This document shows, piece after piece, positions 10,046 to 23,225 of a stretch of 64,000 nt of DNA; position 1 is the stretch's first letter, and each line of letters opens with the position of its first letter. The DNA comes from Squalus acanthias (lineage: Eukaryota), in contig CM059431.1 of the NCBI GenBank assembly GCA_030390025.1, forward strand, positions 148,864,001 to 148,928,000. Reading direction: 5' to 3'. The translations under genes and the position numbers were made by a program. A model generated the notes under the pieces. It did not search any database. It saw only the letters and a program-made list of their open reading frames with translations, and was not told the DNA's origin.

Positions 10046-12862
10046 GCAAAGCACTTTATCTAAATGCACGCAGCATTCGCAAAAAGGCAGATGAATAAAT
10101 GGCATTAATAGAAGTAAATGGATATGATGTAATTGCCAATACAGAGATATGTTTGCAGTGTAACCAAAGCTGGGAACTGAATGTTACAGGGTACTCAACA
10201 TTTAGGAAGGACAGACAAAAAGCAAAAGGAGGTTGCGAAGCGCTGTTAATAAGGGAGGAGATCGGTACGGTAGAGATAAAAGATCTTGACTCGGCCGATC
10301 GTTATGTAGAACTGGAATCAGTTTGGGTGGAGCTGAGAAACAGCAAAGGGCAGAAAACATTGGTGGGAGTTGTGTATAAACCACCAAACAGTAATGATAA
10401 TGTAGGGCACATTATCAATCTAGAGATTAGAAGTGCATGTAACAAAGGCAATGCGGTAATCATGGCGTACTTTAATCTACATATTGACTGGGCAAATCAA
10501 ATTACCACTAATGGTGTGGAGGACGAATTCTTGGAATGCATGCGAGATGGTTTCCTGGATCAGTATGTGGAGGAACCAACCAGGAAACAGACTATTCTGG
10601 ATCTGGTAATGTGTAGTGAGAAAGGGCTAATCAATAATCTTGTGGTAAAGGGGCCTTTAGGGACAAGTGAACATAATATGATTGAATTTTATATTAAGTT
10701 TGAGACTGATGTAGTCCAATCTGAAACTAAGGTCTTCAATCTAAACAGAGGAAACTACAAGGGTATGAGGGACAAATTGGCCATGTTAGATTGGGAGACT
10801 ACACTAAAAGGTATGAAGGTGGACATACAATGGCTAACATTCAAGGAAATAATGCATAATTTGCAACAAACATACATTCCTCTAGGGCATAAAACCCAAA
10901 AGGAAAATTGATCCAAAGATGGCTAACAAAAGAAATTAAAGCTAGTATTAAGTCAAAGGAGGAAGCTTATAAAGTTGCCAGAAGAAGCAGTCAGCCTGAG
11001 GAATGGGATCTTTTTAGAAATCAGCAAAGGGGGACCAATAAATTGATATAGGTTGGGAAAATGGAATATGAGCACAAACTGGCGAAAAATATATTTCGGA
11101 TCGTAAAACCTTCTATAGGTATGTTAAAAGGAAAAGACTGGCGAAGGTATATGTAGGTCCTATACAATCAGAGACGGGAGGATTTATAATGGGGAATGAG
11201 GGAATTGGCTGAGAAATTAAATACATTTTGTTTTCTGTCTTCACGGAGGAAGACACAAAACACCTCCCAGAAATACGAGAAAATCAAGGGTGTGGCGAGA
11301 ATGAGGAACTTAAAGAAATTATTATTAGTAAAAAAACAGGACTAGCAAAACTAATGGGACTAAAAGTCGATAAATCTCAAGGACCGGATAACGTACATCC
11401 TAGGGGTTTGAAAGAGTTGGGCATTGTGACAGTGGACGCATTGGTTGTCATCTTCCAAAATGTTATAGATTCTTTAACGGTTCCTGCAGATTGGAGGATA
11501 GCAAATGTAAACACGCTATTTAAGAAAGGAGGGAGAGAGAAAACGGGTAACTACAGACATATAAGCCTCACATCTGTAGTTGGGAAAATGCTGTAATCTA
11601 TTAGAAAGGATGCAGTAACTGGGCACATAGAAACTAAAAGTAAGATTAGGCAGAGTCAACATGGATTTATGAAAGGGAAGTCCTGTTTGACAAAGCTATT
11701 GGAGTTCTTTGAGGATGTAAATCGTGGAAAAGACAAATGGGAACCGGTAGATGTGGTGTATTTGGATTTTCAGAAGGCCTTCGATAAGGTGCCACACAAG
11801 AGGTTGGTGAAGAAACATTAGGACACATGGAATTGGGGGTAATATACTAGCATGGATTGATAATTGGTTAACAGACAGAAAACAAAGAGTAGGGATAAAC
11901 GGGTCTTTTTCAGGATGGCAGGCTGTGACTAGTGGCGTACTGCAAGGATCAGTGCTTGGGCCCCTACTATTCAAAATCTATATCAATGATTTGGATGAGG
12001 GGACTAAATGTAACATTACCAAATCTGCTGATGATGCAAATCTAGGTGGAAGTGTAATTTGCGAAGAGGATGTGAAGAGGCTTCAAGTGAATCTTGACAG
12101 GCTCATTGAGTGGGCGAGAACATGGCAGGTGGATTATAATGTGGATACATGTGAAGTTATCCATTTTGGTAGAAAAAAAAGAAGGCAGAGTATTTCGTAA
12201 ATGGTGAAAGATTGGGGAATGCAGATGCTCAAAGAGAAATGGGATTCCTTTTACATGAGTCATTGAAATTGAATGTGCAGGTGCAGCAAGCCATTAGGAA
12301 GGCAAATGGCATGTTGGCCTTTATTACAAGAGGTTTTCATTTGAGTAGTAAAGATTAATTATTCCAATTATATAGGGCCTTGGTGAGACCCCACCTGGAG
12401 TACTGTATACAATTTTGGTCTCCTTATCTGTGGAAGGATACACTTGCCATAGAGGGAGTGCAACGAAAGTTCACGAGATTCATTCCTGGAAAGGCGGGAC
12501 TGTCGTATGAGAAGAGATTGAGTAAACTAGGCCTGTATTCTCGTTAATTATGAAGAATGAGTGGGGATCTCATTAAAGCATACAAAATTATTACAGGGCT
12601 TGATATGGTGGATGCTGGGAGAATGATTCCCTTGGCTGCGGGGTTTCGAACCAGGGAGCACAGCCTCAGGATAATGTGCAGGCCATTGAGGACTGAGATG
12701 AGAAGTAATATCTTCACACAGTGGGTGGTGAATATTTGGAATTCTCTTCCCCAGAGGGCTGTTGTGGCTCAGTTATTGGGGATATTCAAAACAGAATGCG
12801 ATTGATTTCTGTCTAGTAAGGGCATCAAGGGATATGGCGATAGGGCCGGTGAATGGAGTTGA
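10046..12862 (+). pseudogene. CR1 ORF2p (APE endonuclease plus reverse transcriptase), multiple stops and frameshifts
   Basis: Fragments 10099-10911 (EN), 11228-11596, 11925-12200 (SGVLQGSVLGP...SADD) and 12557-12805. Confidence 0.9.
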
Positions 12863-12968
12863 GGCAGAAGATCAGCCATGATCTCATTGAATGACGGAGC
12901 TTGCTCGAAGGGCCAAAGGGCCTACTCCTGCTCCTATTTCTAATGTTCTTATATTCTTATGTTCTTAT

Positions 12969-13378
12969 AAAAAGCCTGTGTTACTGGTCCTGTCTCTTTA
13001 AGAAGCCTGTGTGACTGGTCCTGCCTCTTTAAAAAGTTGGTGTGACTGGCCCTGCCTCTTTAAGAAGTCTGTGTAACTAGTGCTGCCTCTTTAAAAAGTC
13101 TGTGTGACTGGTCCTGCCTCTTTAAAAAGTCTGTGTAACTAGTGCTGCCTCTTTAAAAAGCCTGTGTGAATGGTCCTGCCTCTTTAAAAAGTCTCTGTAA
13201 CTAGTGCTGCCTCTTTAAAAAGGCTGTGTGTCTGGTCATGTTTCTAGAAAAAGCCTTTGTGAGTGTTCCTGTCACTTTAAAAAGCCTGTGTGACTGGTTC
13301 GGTCTCTTTAAAAAGCCTGTGTGACTGATTGTGTCTTTTAAAAAAATCTGTGTTGCTGGACCTGTGTCTTTAAAAAGT
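12969..13378. repeat. 31-bp tandem repeat, middle part
   Basis: Same unit as 8140-8406. Confidence 0.9.
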
Positions 13379-13379
13379 A

Positions 13380-14263
13380 TAGTGAACAGTGAGTTGGGTA
13401 GTGATAGAATTCAAGAGGAAATCGACAGGCTGGTGAAATGGCCAGACACGTGGCAGGTGAAATTACCACAGAAAAATGTGTCGTGATACATCTTGGTAGA
13501 AAGAATGAGGAGATGAAATATAAACTAAAGGATACAATCCTAAAGGTTTGCATGAACAGGGAGACCTACGGGGTATATGTGCACAAATCTTTGCAGGTGG
13601 CAGGGCAGTTTTAGAAAGCAGTTAGAAAAGCTTACAGGATCATGGGCTTCGTGAATGGAGGTATAGAGTACAAAAGACTAGAAATTATGAACATTCTTTA
13701 TAAAACACTGGTTTGGCCTCAACTGGAGTATTGTGTCCAATTCTTGACACCGCACTTCAGGAAGGATGTGAAGACCTTGGAGAGAGTGCAGAAAAGAATT
13801 ACGAGAATATTGCCAAGGAAGAGGGACTTCAGATGCGTAGATAGACTGGAGAAGCTGGAGTTGTTTCCTGAGAACAGAGAAGATTGAGAGGAGATTTGCT
13901 AGAGGTGTTAAAAATCATGAGGGTTCTGGATAGAATAGATAGAGAGAAACTGTTCCCATTGGCAGATTGGTCGAGAACCAGAGGACACACATTTAAGGTG
14001 ATTGGCAAAAGAACCAAAGGCGACATAAGAAAAAAACTTTTGATACAGCGAGTGATTATGATCTCGACTGTACTGCCTGAAGTGGTGGTGGAGGCAGGCT
14101 CAATCATGGCTTTCAAAAGGGAGTTAGATAAGTACCTGAAAATAAAACAATGCAGGGGGAAACAGCGTGGGAGTGGGACTCGATGAGGTGCTCTTGCAGA
14201 GAGCCGACGTGGATTCGCTGGGCCGAATGGTCTTCTTCCGTGCTGCAACTATTCCATGATTCT
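13380..14263 (+). mobile_element. CR1 LINE 3' fragment (different subfamily) inserted in the 31-bp array
   Basis: ORFs 13642-13887 and 13884-14186 are the CR1 ORF2 C-terminus. Confidence 0.9.
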
Positions 14264-15020
14264 ATTAAAGCCTGTGTGACTGGTTCTTTCTCTTTAAAAA
14301 CCATGTGTGACTGGTCCTTCCTCTTTAAAAAGCCTGTGTGACAGGTCCTGTCTCTCTAAAATGCTTGGGAGACAGTTCCTATCTCTTCAAAAAGCCTGTG
14401 TGACTGGTCCTATCTCTTCAAAAAGCCTGTGTGACAGGTCCTGCCTCTTTAAAAAGCCTGTGTGAATGCTCCTGTCTCTCTAAAATGCTTGGGAGACAGG
14501 TCCTATCTATTCAAAAAACCTGTGTGACTGGTCCTATCTCTTCAAATAGCCTGTGTGACTGGACCTGTCTCTTTAAAGAAACTGTTGGAGTGGTCCTGTC
14601 TCTTCAGAAAGCCTATGTGACTGGTCCTGTCTCTTTCATAAGGCTGTGGGACAGGTCCTGTCCCTTTCAAAAGCCGGTGTCATTGGCTCTGTCTCTATTA
14701 AAAGCCTGTGTGATTGGTCCTGTCTCTTTAAACAGCCTGTGGGACAGGTCATGTCTATTTAGAAAGCCTGTGGGACTGGGATTGTCTGTTTCAAAAGCCA
14801 TTGTGACTGGTTCTGTCTCTTTTAAAAGCCTGTGTGACTGATCGTGTCTCAATAAAACGCGTGTGTGTCTGGTCCTGTCTCTTTGAAACGCCTGTGTGTC
14901 TGGTCCTGTCTCTTTACAAAGCCTGTGTGATGTGTTCTGTCTCTTTAAAACGCCTGTCTGACTAGTCTTGTCTCTTTGGAAAACCTGTTTAACTGGTAGT
15001 CTCTTTAAAAAGCCATTATG
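14264..15020. repeat. 31-bp tandem repeat, right part
   Basis: Same unit as above. Confidence 0.9.
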
Positions 15021-15294
15021 AATGGTTATGTGTCACTGGCTGTGGCTCCTCCCTCTTGTTTAGATGTTCATTGAAAGTTACGAAGAGCCGGAATGGATTT
15101 TTTAGTTAAACAGGGACCCAGGGGTGTTGATGATGCAGGATTACTGATACTAGTTCTTTGACACAAAAGTGGCTTCACAGAAAATACGGAGACACCTTTG
15201 CTGGAATATTAGTGTTAAGTATTGAAGACCTAGGTCTAGAAATCCGTCATTGACTGCGGTGGAACTGAATATCAGGCGCGGCGTGTAACGCAGG

Positions 15295-16720
15295 TAACAA
15301 ATGTAACCCCACTATTTAAGAAAGGAGGGAGAGAGAAAACGGGGAACTACTGACCAGTTAGGCAGACATCAGTTGTAGGGAAAATGCTTGAAGCTATTAT
15401 TAAGGATGTCATAACAGGGCACTTAGATCATTATAATAGAATTGGGCAGCGTCAACACGGATTTATAAAAGGGAACTTGTGTTTGACAAATCATGAGGTT
15501 GTAACTAGCCGTATAAATAAGGAGACCATGGATGTGGTGTATTTGGATTTTCAGAAGGCATTCGATAAATTGCCACACAAGAAGTTATTAAACAAAATTA
15601 GGGCTCATTGGATTGGGGATAATGTACTAGCATGGATTGAGGATTGGTTAACGGACAGAAAACAAAGAGTAGGAATAAACGGGTCATTTTCGGGTTGGCA
15701 GGCTGTAAGTAGTGGGATACCGCACGGATCAGTGCTTGGGACTCAACTATTCACAATCTACATCAATGATTTGGATGATGGGACCAAATGTAATATATCC
15801 AAGTTTGCTGATGATTGAAAGCTGGGTGGGAATGTAAGTTGTGAGCATGATGCAAGGAGGCTTCAAGGTAATATAGACAGGCTAATCAGTGGGCAAGAAC
15901 TTGGCAAATGGAATATAACGTGGAGAAATGTGATTTTATCCACTTTGGTAGGAAAAATAGAAAAGCAGTGTATTTTTTAAATGGTGCGCGATTGGGAAAT
16001 GTTGGTACCTGGCTGTCCTTGTACACGAATCAATGAAATTTTACATGCAAGCACAGCAAGCAATTAGGAAAGCAAATGGTATGTTGGCCTTTATTAGAAG
16101 AGGATTCGAGTATAAGAGTAAAAACGTATTACTGCAATTATACAGAGCCCTGGTGAGACCATACCTGGATATTGTGAACTGTTTTGGTCTCCTTAACTAA
16201 GGAAGGATATACTTGCCATCGATGGAGTGCAACGAATGTTCACCAGACTGGTTCCTTGGATGGGGGGATTGACCTATGAGGAGCGATTGAGTAGACTAGG
16301 ACTATATTCTCTAGAGTTCAGAAGAATGAGAGGTAATCTCATTGAAACATACAAAATTCTTACAGGGCTTGACAGGGTAGATGAAGGAGGATGTTTCTCC
16401 TGGCATGGGAGTCTAGAACCAGGGGTCACAGTCTCAGAATAAGGGGTAGGCCAATTAGGACTGAGATGAGGAGACATTTATTCACTCAGAGGGTGGTGAA
16501 TCTTTGGAATTCTCTACCCCTGAGGGTGGTGGAGGCTCAGTCGTTGAGTATATTCAAGACAGAGATGGATAGAATTTTGTATATTAAGGGAATCAAGGGA
16601 TATGGGGATAATGCAGGGAAGTGGAGATGAGGTAAAATATCAGCCATGATCTAACTGAATGGCGGAGCAGGCTCGAAGGGTCAAATGGTCTACTCCCGCT
16701 TCTATTTCTTATGTTCTTAT
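15295..16720 (+). mobile_element. CR1 LINE, 5'-truncated
   Basis: ORF 15384-15818 ends in KFADD; C-terminus at 16391-16630; ttcttatgttcttatg tail. Confidence 0.95.
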
Positions 16721-16944
16721 GATCCAATAGCGCCCATTTAGCGCCACCGCACATTAAGCGCCACCGCCTGAGACGAATTTCTCGGCCCTTGTCTGCCGAC
16801 ATCGGCACATATCAAATGTCACTGCATGCTGACGAATTGGGCGAAGACGTTGCCTCTCAAAGGCTCGGCTTGTACCCATTCAGTCTCATTTGTTATCTTC
16901 CATGTCATATTGCTCCAGGGGTGCGGAGATATAAGAGTTATATC

Positions 16945-17105
16945 TAAAATTAATTACAAGCATTTATTTCTGATCCAAAACTCTGCTGTCCGTGTCCAAA
17001 CTCGCACCAAGCCCCGTTCACCCATCACCCCTGTGCTCGCTGACTTACATTGTCTCCTGGTTCGGCAATGCTTTGATTTTAAAAATCTCATCCTCCTGTT
17101 CAGCC
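16945..17105 (+). mobile_element. L2 LINE fragment
   Basis: IQNSAVRVQTRTKPRSPITPVLADLHCLLVRQ is the typical L2 ORF2 C-terminal region. Confidence 0.75.
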
Positions 17106-17349
17106 CCAAATCATGGCCAAGTGTCCAGTAAAGGATTTGCATCCCGAAAATGCCAAACGTTCGCTTGTTTATGTTTAGTATTTTACCGTAAGTACTTTTC
17201 ACCCCCAGGGCTGCAGCTGGATTCCTACAATTGGCATCAGCGTGACGTGGCACAGGGGAAGGAGTAGAATTCGGCTCGGACTATAGCACAAAGCGCAACC
17301 ACCTCCAATTTATCTCTTCAAGTCACACACCATCCAGACTTAGACATTA

Positions 17350-17750
17350 AAAAAATAATTCTTGGGATATGTGCGTCGCTGGCAAGGCCAGCATTTATTG
17401 CCCATCCACAATTGCACTGCAGAAAGTGGTGGTCAGCCGCCTTATACAACTGAAAGGCTTGCTAGGACATTTCAGAGGAGCAGTTAATAGTCAACAACAT
17501 TGCTGTGGGTCTGGAGTCACATTTCGTCCAGAATGGTTAAGGACGGCAGTTTTTATTTCCTAAAGGACATTAGTGAACCAGACGTGTTTTACGACAATCT
17601 GGTAGTGTCATGGTAGTGTCGTGGTCACCATTACTGATGCTAGCTTTTTCCTCCCGAATTTTTTAATTAATTGCTGGTGGGATTTAAACTCTGGATCATT
17701 TATCCAAGCATCGAGTTTACACGTCCAGCACCATAACCACTATGTTACTG
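17350..17750 (-). mobile_element. tRNA-derived SINE (second-LINE tail)
   Basis: Starts with the reverse complement of the LINE tail (gggatatgtgcgtcgctggcaaggccagcatttattgcccatcc); body matches 7515-7815. Confidence 0.75.
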
Positions 17751-18149
17751 TACAGTTCAAACAAATCGCCGTTCCTTCATCATCACTGGGTCAAAAGCCT
17801 GTAATAAACCTGCGTAACAGTATTGTGGGAGCAACTACACCCCACGGACTGCAGCGGCTCAAGATGAAGGCCCACCATTTTCTCATGGGTAACGAGGGAT
17901 CGGCAAGTAAGACCGGCCTTGACAGCATTACCATATCCTGAGAACAAATTAATAGAAATAATAAAATGGGAATAAAATTCATGATTTTGTAATTCATTGA
18001 TTAAAACCAGGCGAGGCCTGCGATCAGAGTGGGGCGTCAAAAAAAGTTGGTTCACCAATTCTATGATTCTATGATTGCTACTGCCCACACTTTCCAATTT
18101 CGCTATCCTTTCAAAAGGCGTTTGATGACGTACCACATAATAATAATAT

Positions 18150-18897
18150 TGATGTCCATGGGATTAAAGTGGCAGTAGCAACATGGCTCGGACATTGGCT
18201 AAGAGACAGAATGCAGACAGTAGTGGTAAACGGTTGTTTTTCAGACTCGAGGGAAGTATACAGTGCTGTTACCCATGTGTCGGTGCTGGGACCACTGCTT
18301 TTTCAATGTACATCAATGCCATGGACTTGGGTATACAGCGCATAATTTCAAAGTTTGCAGATGTCAGGAAAGTCGGAAATGTTAATAATCAGTGAGAAAG
18401 GTAGCAACAGACTTGAGGAGGACAAAGAGTGACTGCTGAGATGGGCAGATACATGCCAGATACAACTTAACACAGGTAAGGATGAAGTGATACATTATGG
18501 TCAGAAGTATGAACAGAGGCAATATAAACTAAACGGTACAATTTTTAAAGCGGGTGCACGATCAGAGAGACCTGGGCTGTACTTACACAAATCTGTGAAG
18601 GTGGCAGGATAAGTTGCGACGGCTGTTAAAAAAAACATACTGAGACCTTGGGTTTACAGACAGAGACACAGAGTAACAAAATCCAGGAAGTAATGCTAAC
18701 CTTTTATAAATCACTGGTTAGGTCCCAGCTGGAGCATTGTGTTCAATTCTGAGAACGAAACTTTGGCAAGCATGTCAAGGATTAGGAAAGGTGTTGACGA
18801 GATTTACCAGAATGGTACCAGGGATCTGGGACTTCAGTTACGTGGAGAGAATGGAGAAGCTGGGATTGTTCTTTTTAGAGCAGCGAAGATTAAGAAA
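18150..18897 (+). mobile_element. CR1 LINE fragment
   Basis: ISKFADV and downstream CR1 RT-region sequence, highly degenerate. Confidence 0.8.
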
Positions 18898-21120
18898 CAT
18901 AGAATTATAGAATCATAGAAATTTTCGGCACAGAAGGAGGCCATTCCATCCATCGCATTTGCGCATGTCGCAAAAGAGTGATCCAGGCCTAATCCACTTT
19001 CCAGCTCTTGGTCCGTATCATAGAAAGTTCAAGGGCACATCCAAGTACTTTTTAATGTGATGAGGTTTTCTGCCTCTACCACCTTTTCAGGCAGTGAGTT
19101 CCAGATCACCACCGCACTCTGGGTGAAAAAAATCTCCTCATCTCCCCTCTAATCCTTCCACCAATTACTTTAACTCTATGCAAGCTAGTTATTGACCTCT
19201 CTGCTAAGGGAAATAGATGGTTTCTATCCACTCTATCCAGGCCCTTCATAAATTTTTACAGCTCAATTAAATCTCCCGTCAGCCTCTTCTGTTCCAACGT
19301 AAACAGCCCCAGCCTATCCGATCTTTCCTCATAGCTAAAATTCTCCAGTCCTGGCAACATCCTCGTGAATCTCCTCTGTACCCTCTCGAGTGCAGTCACA
19401 TCTTTCCTCTAATGTGGTGGCCAGAACTATATGCAGTACTCTTAGCTGTGGCCTAACTAGTGTTTTATACAGTTCTAGCATAAGTTCCCTGCTCTTATGT
19501 TCTATGCCTCGGATAATACAGCGAAGTATCGCATATGCCTTCATAAATTCCCCATCTACATGTCCTGCTACATTTACGGATCTGTGGACAAGCACTCCAA
19601 GGTTCCTCTGTTCCTCTACACTTCTCATTACCCGAGATTTACTGTGTAATCCCTTGCCTTGTTAGCCCCCTCCCCGAAATGCATTACCTCATAATTCTAT
19701 GGATTGATTTTAATTTGCCACTTTTCTGCCCGCCTGACCAGCCAATTGATAACTTCCCGGATTCTACAGCTATATAACCTCACTATCAACCACACGGTCA
19801 ATATATGCATCATCTGCAAACTTCTTAATCATGGCCCCAGCATTGAAAAATTAATCATTGATATATATCACAAAAAGCAGGGGACCTTGTACTGAGCTCT
19901 GCGGAACCCCACTGGAAACAGCCTTCGAGTCACACGAAACACTTGTCGAACATTACATTTTTCTTCCTGCCACTGAGATAATTTTGGTTCCAACTTGCAA
20001 CTTTCCGTTGGGTCCCATGGACTTTTACTTTTTTGACTAACCTGTCATGTGGGACCATGCCAAAGGCCTTGCTAATATATATGTGGACTCCATCAAATAC
20101 ACTACCCTCATCGACCCTCCTCGTTACCTCATCCAAAAATTCAATCAAGTGACTGAGACAGGCTCTTCACTTAACAAATCCATGTTGACTGCCCTTGATT
20201 AATTCGTGCCTTTCTAAATCCAATTTATACTGGCTGTCACAATTTTTCCAATATATTTCCACCATCGTGGTTAGGCTGTTTGGCCTCTCATTGGCCTATC
20301 ACTTTCTCCCTCTTTAAACAACGTTACAACGTGAGCAGTCCTCCAGTCCTCTGGCACCGCGCCAGTAGCCACAGAGGATTGGAAAATGATGGTCTGAGCC
20401 TCTGTTATTGCCTCCCTTATCTCTCTTAACAGCGTGGGATACATTTCCTTCAGGACTCGTGATTTACCTACATTGAAAGATGCTAAACCCCTTAATAGTT
20501 CCTCTCTCATTATGTTTATCTCATCTAATATTGTATACTCCTCCTCAACTACAATGTCAGCAACGTCCCTCTCTGCTGTGACGACAAACGCAAAGTATTT
20601 AGTAAGAATCATACCCACGTCTTCCGCCTTCACACACAGGTTACCTTTTTGGTCTCCATTAGGCCCTACTCTTTCTTAGTTAAGCTCTTGCTCTTTATAT
20701 ATTAATAAAACATCATTGGGTTTTCCTTGATTTTACTTGCCAATATTTTTTCATGTCCATTCTTTAATATCCTAATTTCACTTTTAATGTCACCCCTGCA
20801 ATTTCTATACTCCTCTAGGCTTTCTGTAGTATTAAGCTCTCGTTAACTGGCAAATGCTTCCTTATTTTTTTCTTATCCTAACCTGTACGTTTCTTGACAT
20901 CCAGGGGACTGTAGTATTGGGCGTCAAATCTTATTTCTTTGTGGACACATATTTGCTCCGAACCCCCACTATCTCCTCCTCTAATGCTTCCCACTGCTGG
21001 CACTGATTTCCTTTAAGTAACTGTTTCCATTCCAATTTTGCTAAATCACATCGCAGCTTAGTAAAATTAGCCTTTCCACAATTGAGAACTTTAAAGCATG
21101 GTGTAACTTTGTCCTTCTCC
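18898..21120 (-). mobile_element. CR1 LINE, degenerate
   Basis: 3' tail catagaattatagaatcatagaa at 18898; ORFs 19335-19628, 19930-20148 and 20271-20633 are CR1 ORF2 pieces. Confidence 0.9.
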
Positions 21121-21124
21121 AGAA

Positions 21125-21500
21125 TGGGAGATTTAATAATGATGTTCAAATCATGATGGGTTTTGATAGAGTACATAAGTCGAAACTGTTTCAAGTTGCA
21201 GAATGGTGGGTAACCAGCGGTCACAGATTTAACGTAATTGACAAAAGACCCGGAGGAGAGTTGAGGAGAATTTTCGTTATGCAGTGAGTTGTAGTGATCT
21301 GGAATGCACTGTCTGAGAACGTGATGGAAGCAAATTCAACAGTAAGTTTTGACAGGGAATTGGAATATTAGTTGAAGGGGATTGTTTTACTGGGCTCTGA
21401 CTGAAGATTAGGACTAATTAGATAGCTCTTTCAAAGAGACGGCACGGACACAATGGGCCGAATGTCCTCCTTCTGTGCTGTACCATTCTATGATTCTATG
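21125..21500 (+). mobile_element. CR1 3' end (paralogous copy at 60630-61000)
   Basis: gggccgaatgtcctccttctgtgctgtaccattctatgattctatg tail. Confidence 0.8.
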
Positions 21501-21669
21501 AACAGGAGACAGAGAGAGAGAGAGACAACAGGGAGAGATAAAGAATAAGAGAGGAAGACAAGTAGGGACTGATCGTCTGGGAGAGGTACAGAGGAAAATA
21601 AATTACCTTTGAAAGGGGAACAATGTGCAGGACTATGGGAAAAGAGCAGGGGAAATGGACTAATTGTAG

Positions 21670-21960
21670 GGGTGAGGCCATGGTGTGATTTGAACACAAG
21701 GAGTAGAATATTAAGCTCGAAGTGTTGCCCGATCGGGAGCAAATGTAGGTCAGCGATCACACGGGTGATTTGTGAACGGGTCATGATGCGTGTTAGTAGA
21801 TGGACAGCAGAGTTTTGGAAGAGCTCTAGTTTATGGAGACTTGTAACTGGGAGGCCGGCCAAGAGAGCATTGGAATAGTCGATTCTGGATTTAACAAATG
21901 GGGATAATGCAGCGCAATGGCTGAGGCGGGTAGGAGACGGATGATATTGTGGAGGTGGTG
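21670..21960 (-). mobile_element. L2 LINE fragment (paralogous copy at 59970-60440)
   Basis: LAGLPVTSLHKLELFQNSAVHLLTR...ITRVIADLHLLPI in ORF 21488-21862. Confidence 0.8.
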
Positions 21961-21974
21961 ATTCAGAGGATTAC

Positions 21975-22185
21975 AGATCTAATTGCTGGATATAGAGACT
22001 TAACAGGGCAAAGACGAGAGAGTAAATTGCAAGAACTGTAATGCAGTTAGCAAAGGATTGCAGAGGTAATAGTTGGATACAGAGACTTACCGGGAACAAC
22101 AACAGCAACAAGGAGGGGCGAGTAAATTACATTAACAGTAATGCAGTGAAACAAGGTTATCGAATAGCTGGATAGAGAGACTTAC
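21975..22185 (-). repeat. ~95-bp degenerate repeats of the exon-1 end plus donor at the intron start of paralog A
   Basis: Second GTAAG donor at 22090-22086; third, mutated donor (gttaag) at ~22004-21999. Confidence 0.8.
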
Positions 22186-22366
22186 CAGGAACACCGACAG
22201 CAGCAATGAGCGGATAGTAAAAGTGTTCAATAACCTTAAGTGCTAAATAGATCCAAATTTCTAATGATATTCTATCATGATATGCAGAAAGATGGTCAAT
22301 CTCCCAGATGAAACTCTTGCCCACTGTTGTAACATTCCAATCGATTGTTCTCAGATTCTGATCCAT
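22186..22366 (-). CDS. GPR139/GPR142-like class A GPCR, coding exon 1 (paralog A): N-terminus plus first half of TM1
   Basis: ATG at 22366 in acaATGG context; MDQNLRTIDWNVTTVGKSFIWEIDHLSAYHDRISLEIWIYLALKVIEHFYYPLIAAVGVP (60 codons + 1 nt), then GTAAGT. From recall, it aligns with human GPR139 VYYSLLLCLGLP, whose single coding intron lies at this position. Exon 2 not found in the window. Confidence 0.8.
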
Positions 22367-22479
22367 TGTTCTAACATTCCAAACCACTGTTCTCAGATTC
22401 CGACTGCTCCCTCTGTGGAGCAGCGAGCTGATCCCTGTTAGTGCCGGTGGTGATGCTCTCACTGACACTGCGGGATAAC

Positions 22480-22700
22480 ACATTGAAATGAGTCCTTTAT
22501 TAATAGAAGAGGGAAACCCTGCACTGATACAATTAGCGTCCATGGAGACTGACATTGATTACAGTCACTGAACAAACAGCTTCAGTTAAGCCATGGAGAC
22601 TGACATTAATTACAGTCAGTGAACAAACAGCTTCAGTTAACCCCTTTCGATCCAGCATGTTTTGCACCACAGTAAAGTAGAACATTTCTGCAGTCCGAAT
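22480..22700 (-). promoter_or_regulatory. Putative promoter of paralog A
   Basis: 51-bp tandem duplication with TGTTTGTTCA and TAATT/TAATC motifs (22540-22640), GGGTTTCCC (22519-22511) and TATTAATAA; conserved with 59135-59345. Confidence 0.6.
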
Positions 22701-22934
22701 GGAATACATGAGGGTTGCACTCGCACCACACAAGTGTCCCGCAGTGACGATCTCCAAAAAGAGCCATCTCCCCTTGAAATGCAATGGCAATACCATTGGC
22801 GAATCCCCCACCATCAATTTCCTGATGGTCACCATTCACCAGAAACTTAACTGGACCAGCCACATAAAAACTGTGGCTACAAGAGCGGGTCAGAAGCTGA
22901 GTATCCTGCCGCGAGTGTTTATACAATGCTAGTC

Positions 22935-23225
22935 CATTTCAGAGGAACAGTTAATAGTCAACCACATTGCTGTGGGTTTGGAGTCACATTTCAGCCAGAA
23001 TGTGTAAGGACGGCAGATTTCCTTCCCTGAAGGACATTAGTGAACCAATTGTGTTTTTACGAGAATCCGGTAGTTTCATGGTCAACATTGCTGACACTAT
23101 TTTTTTACTCCAGATTGTTTAATGAATCGAATTTAAATTCCCAATGTGTGGGGATTTGAACGACAGGAACATGAGTCCAGGCATCTAGTTTACAATCTAG
23201 CAACAGAACCACTATGCTACGGTAA
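22935..23225 (-). mobile_element. tRNA-derived SINE (second-LINE tail family)
   Basis: Homologous to 17460-17750. Confidence 0.7.

Larger units (their letters stand above)
8407..12968 (+). mobile_element. Near full-length CR1 LINE (5'UTR, ORF1, ORF2, 3'UTR), degenerate, inserted in the 31-bp array
   Basis: 5'UTR with duplicated gaaaggagtcggcagccccgg; ORF1 at 8953; EN motif YLNARSI at ~10057; RT motifs at 11750-12040; ttcttatattcttatgttctta tail. Confidence 0.95.

Noticed and set aside
22367..22555. Extended N-terminus of paralog A from upstream starts in ORF 22157-22555
   Set aside because: The upstream part overlaps the promoter/TATA-like motifs, and its frame is not conserved in paralog B.
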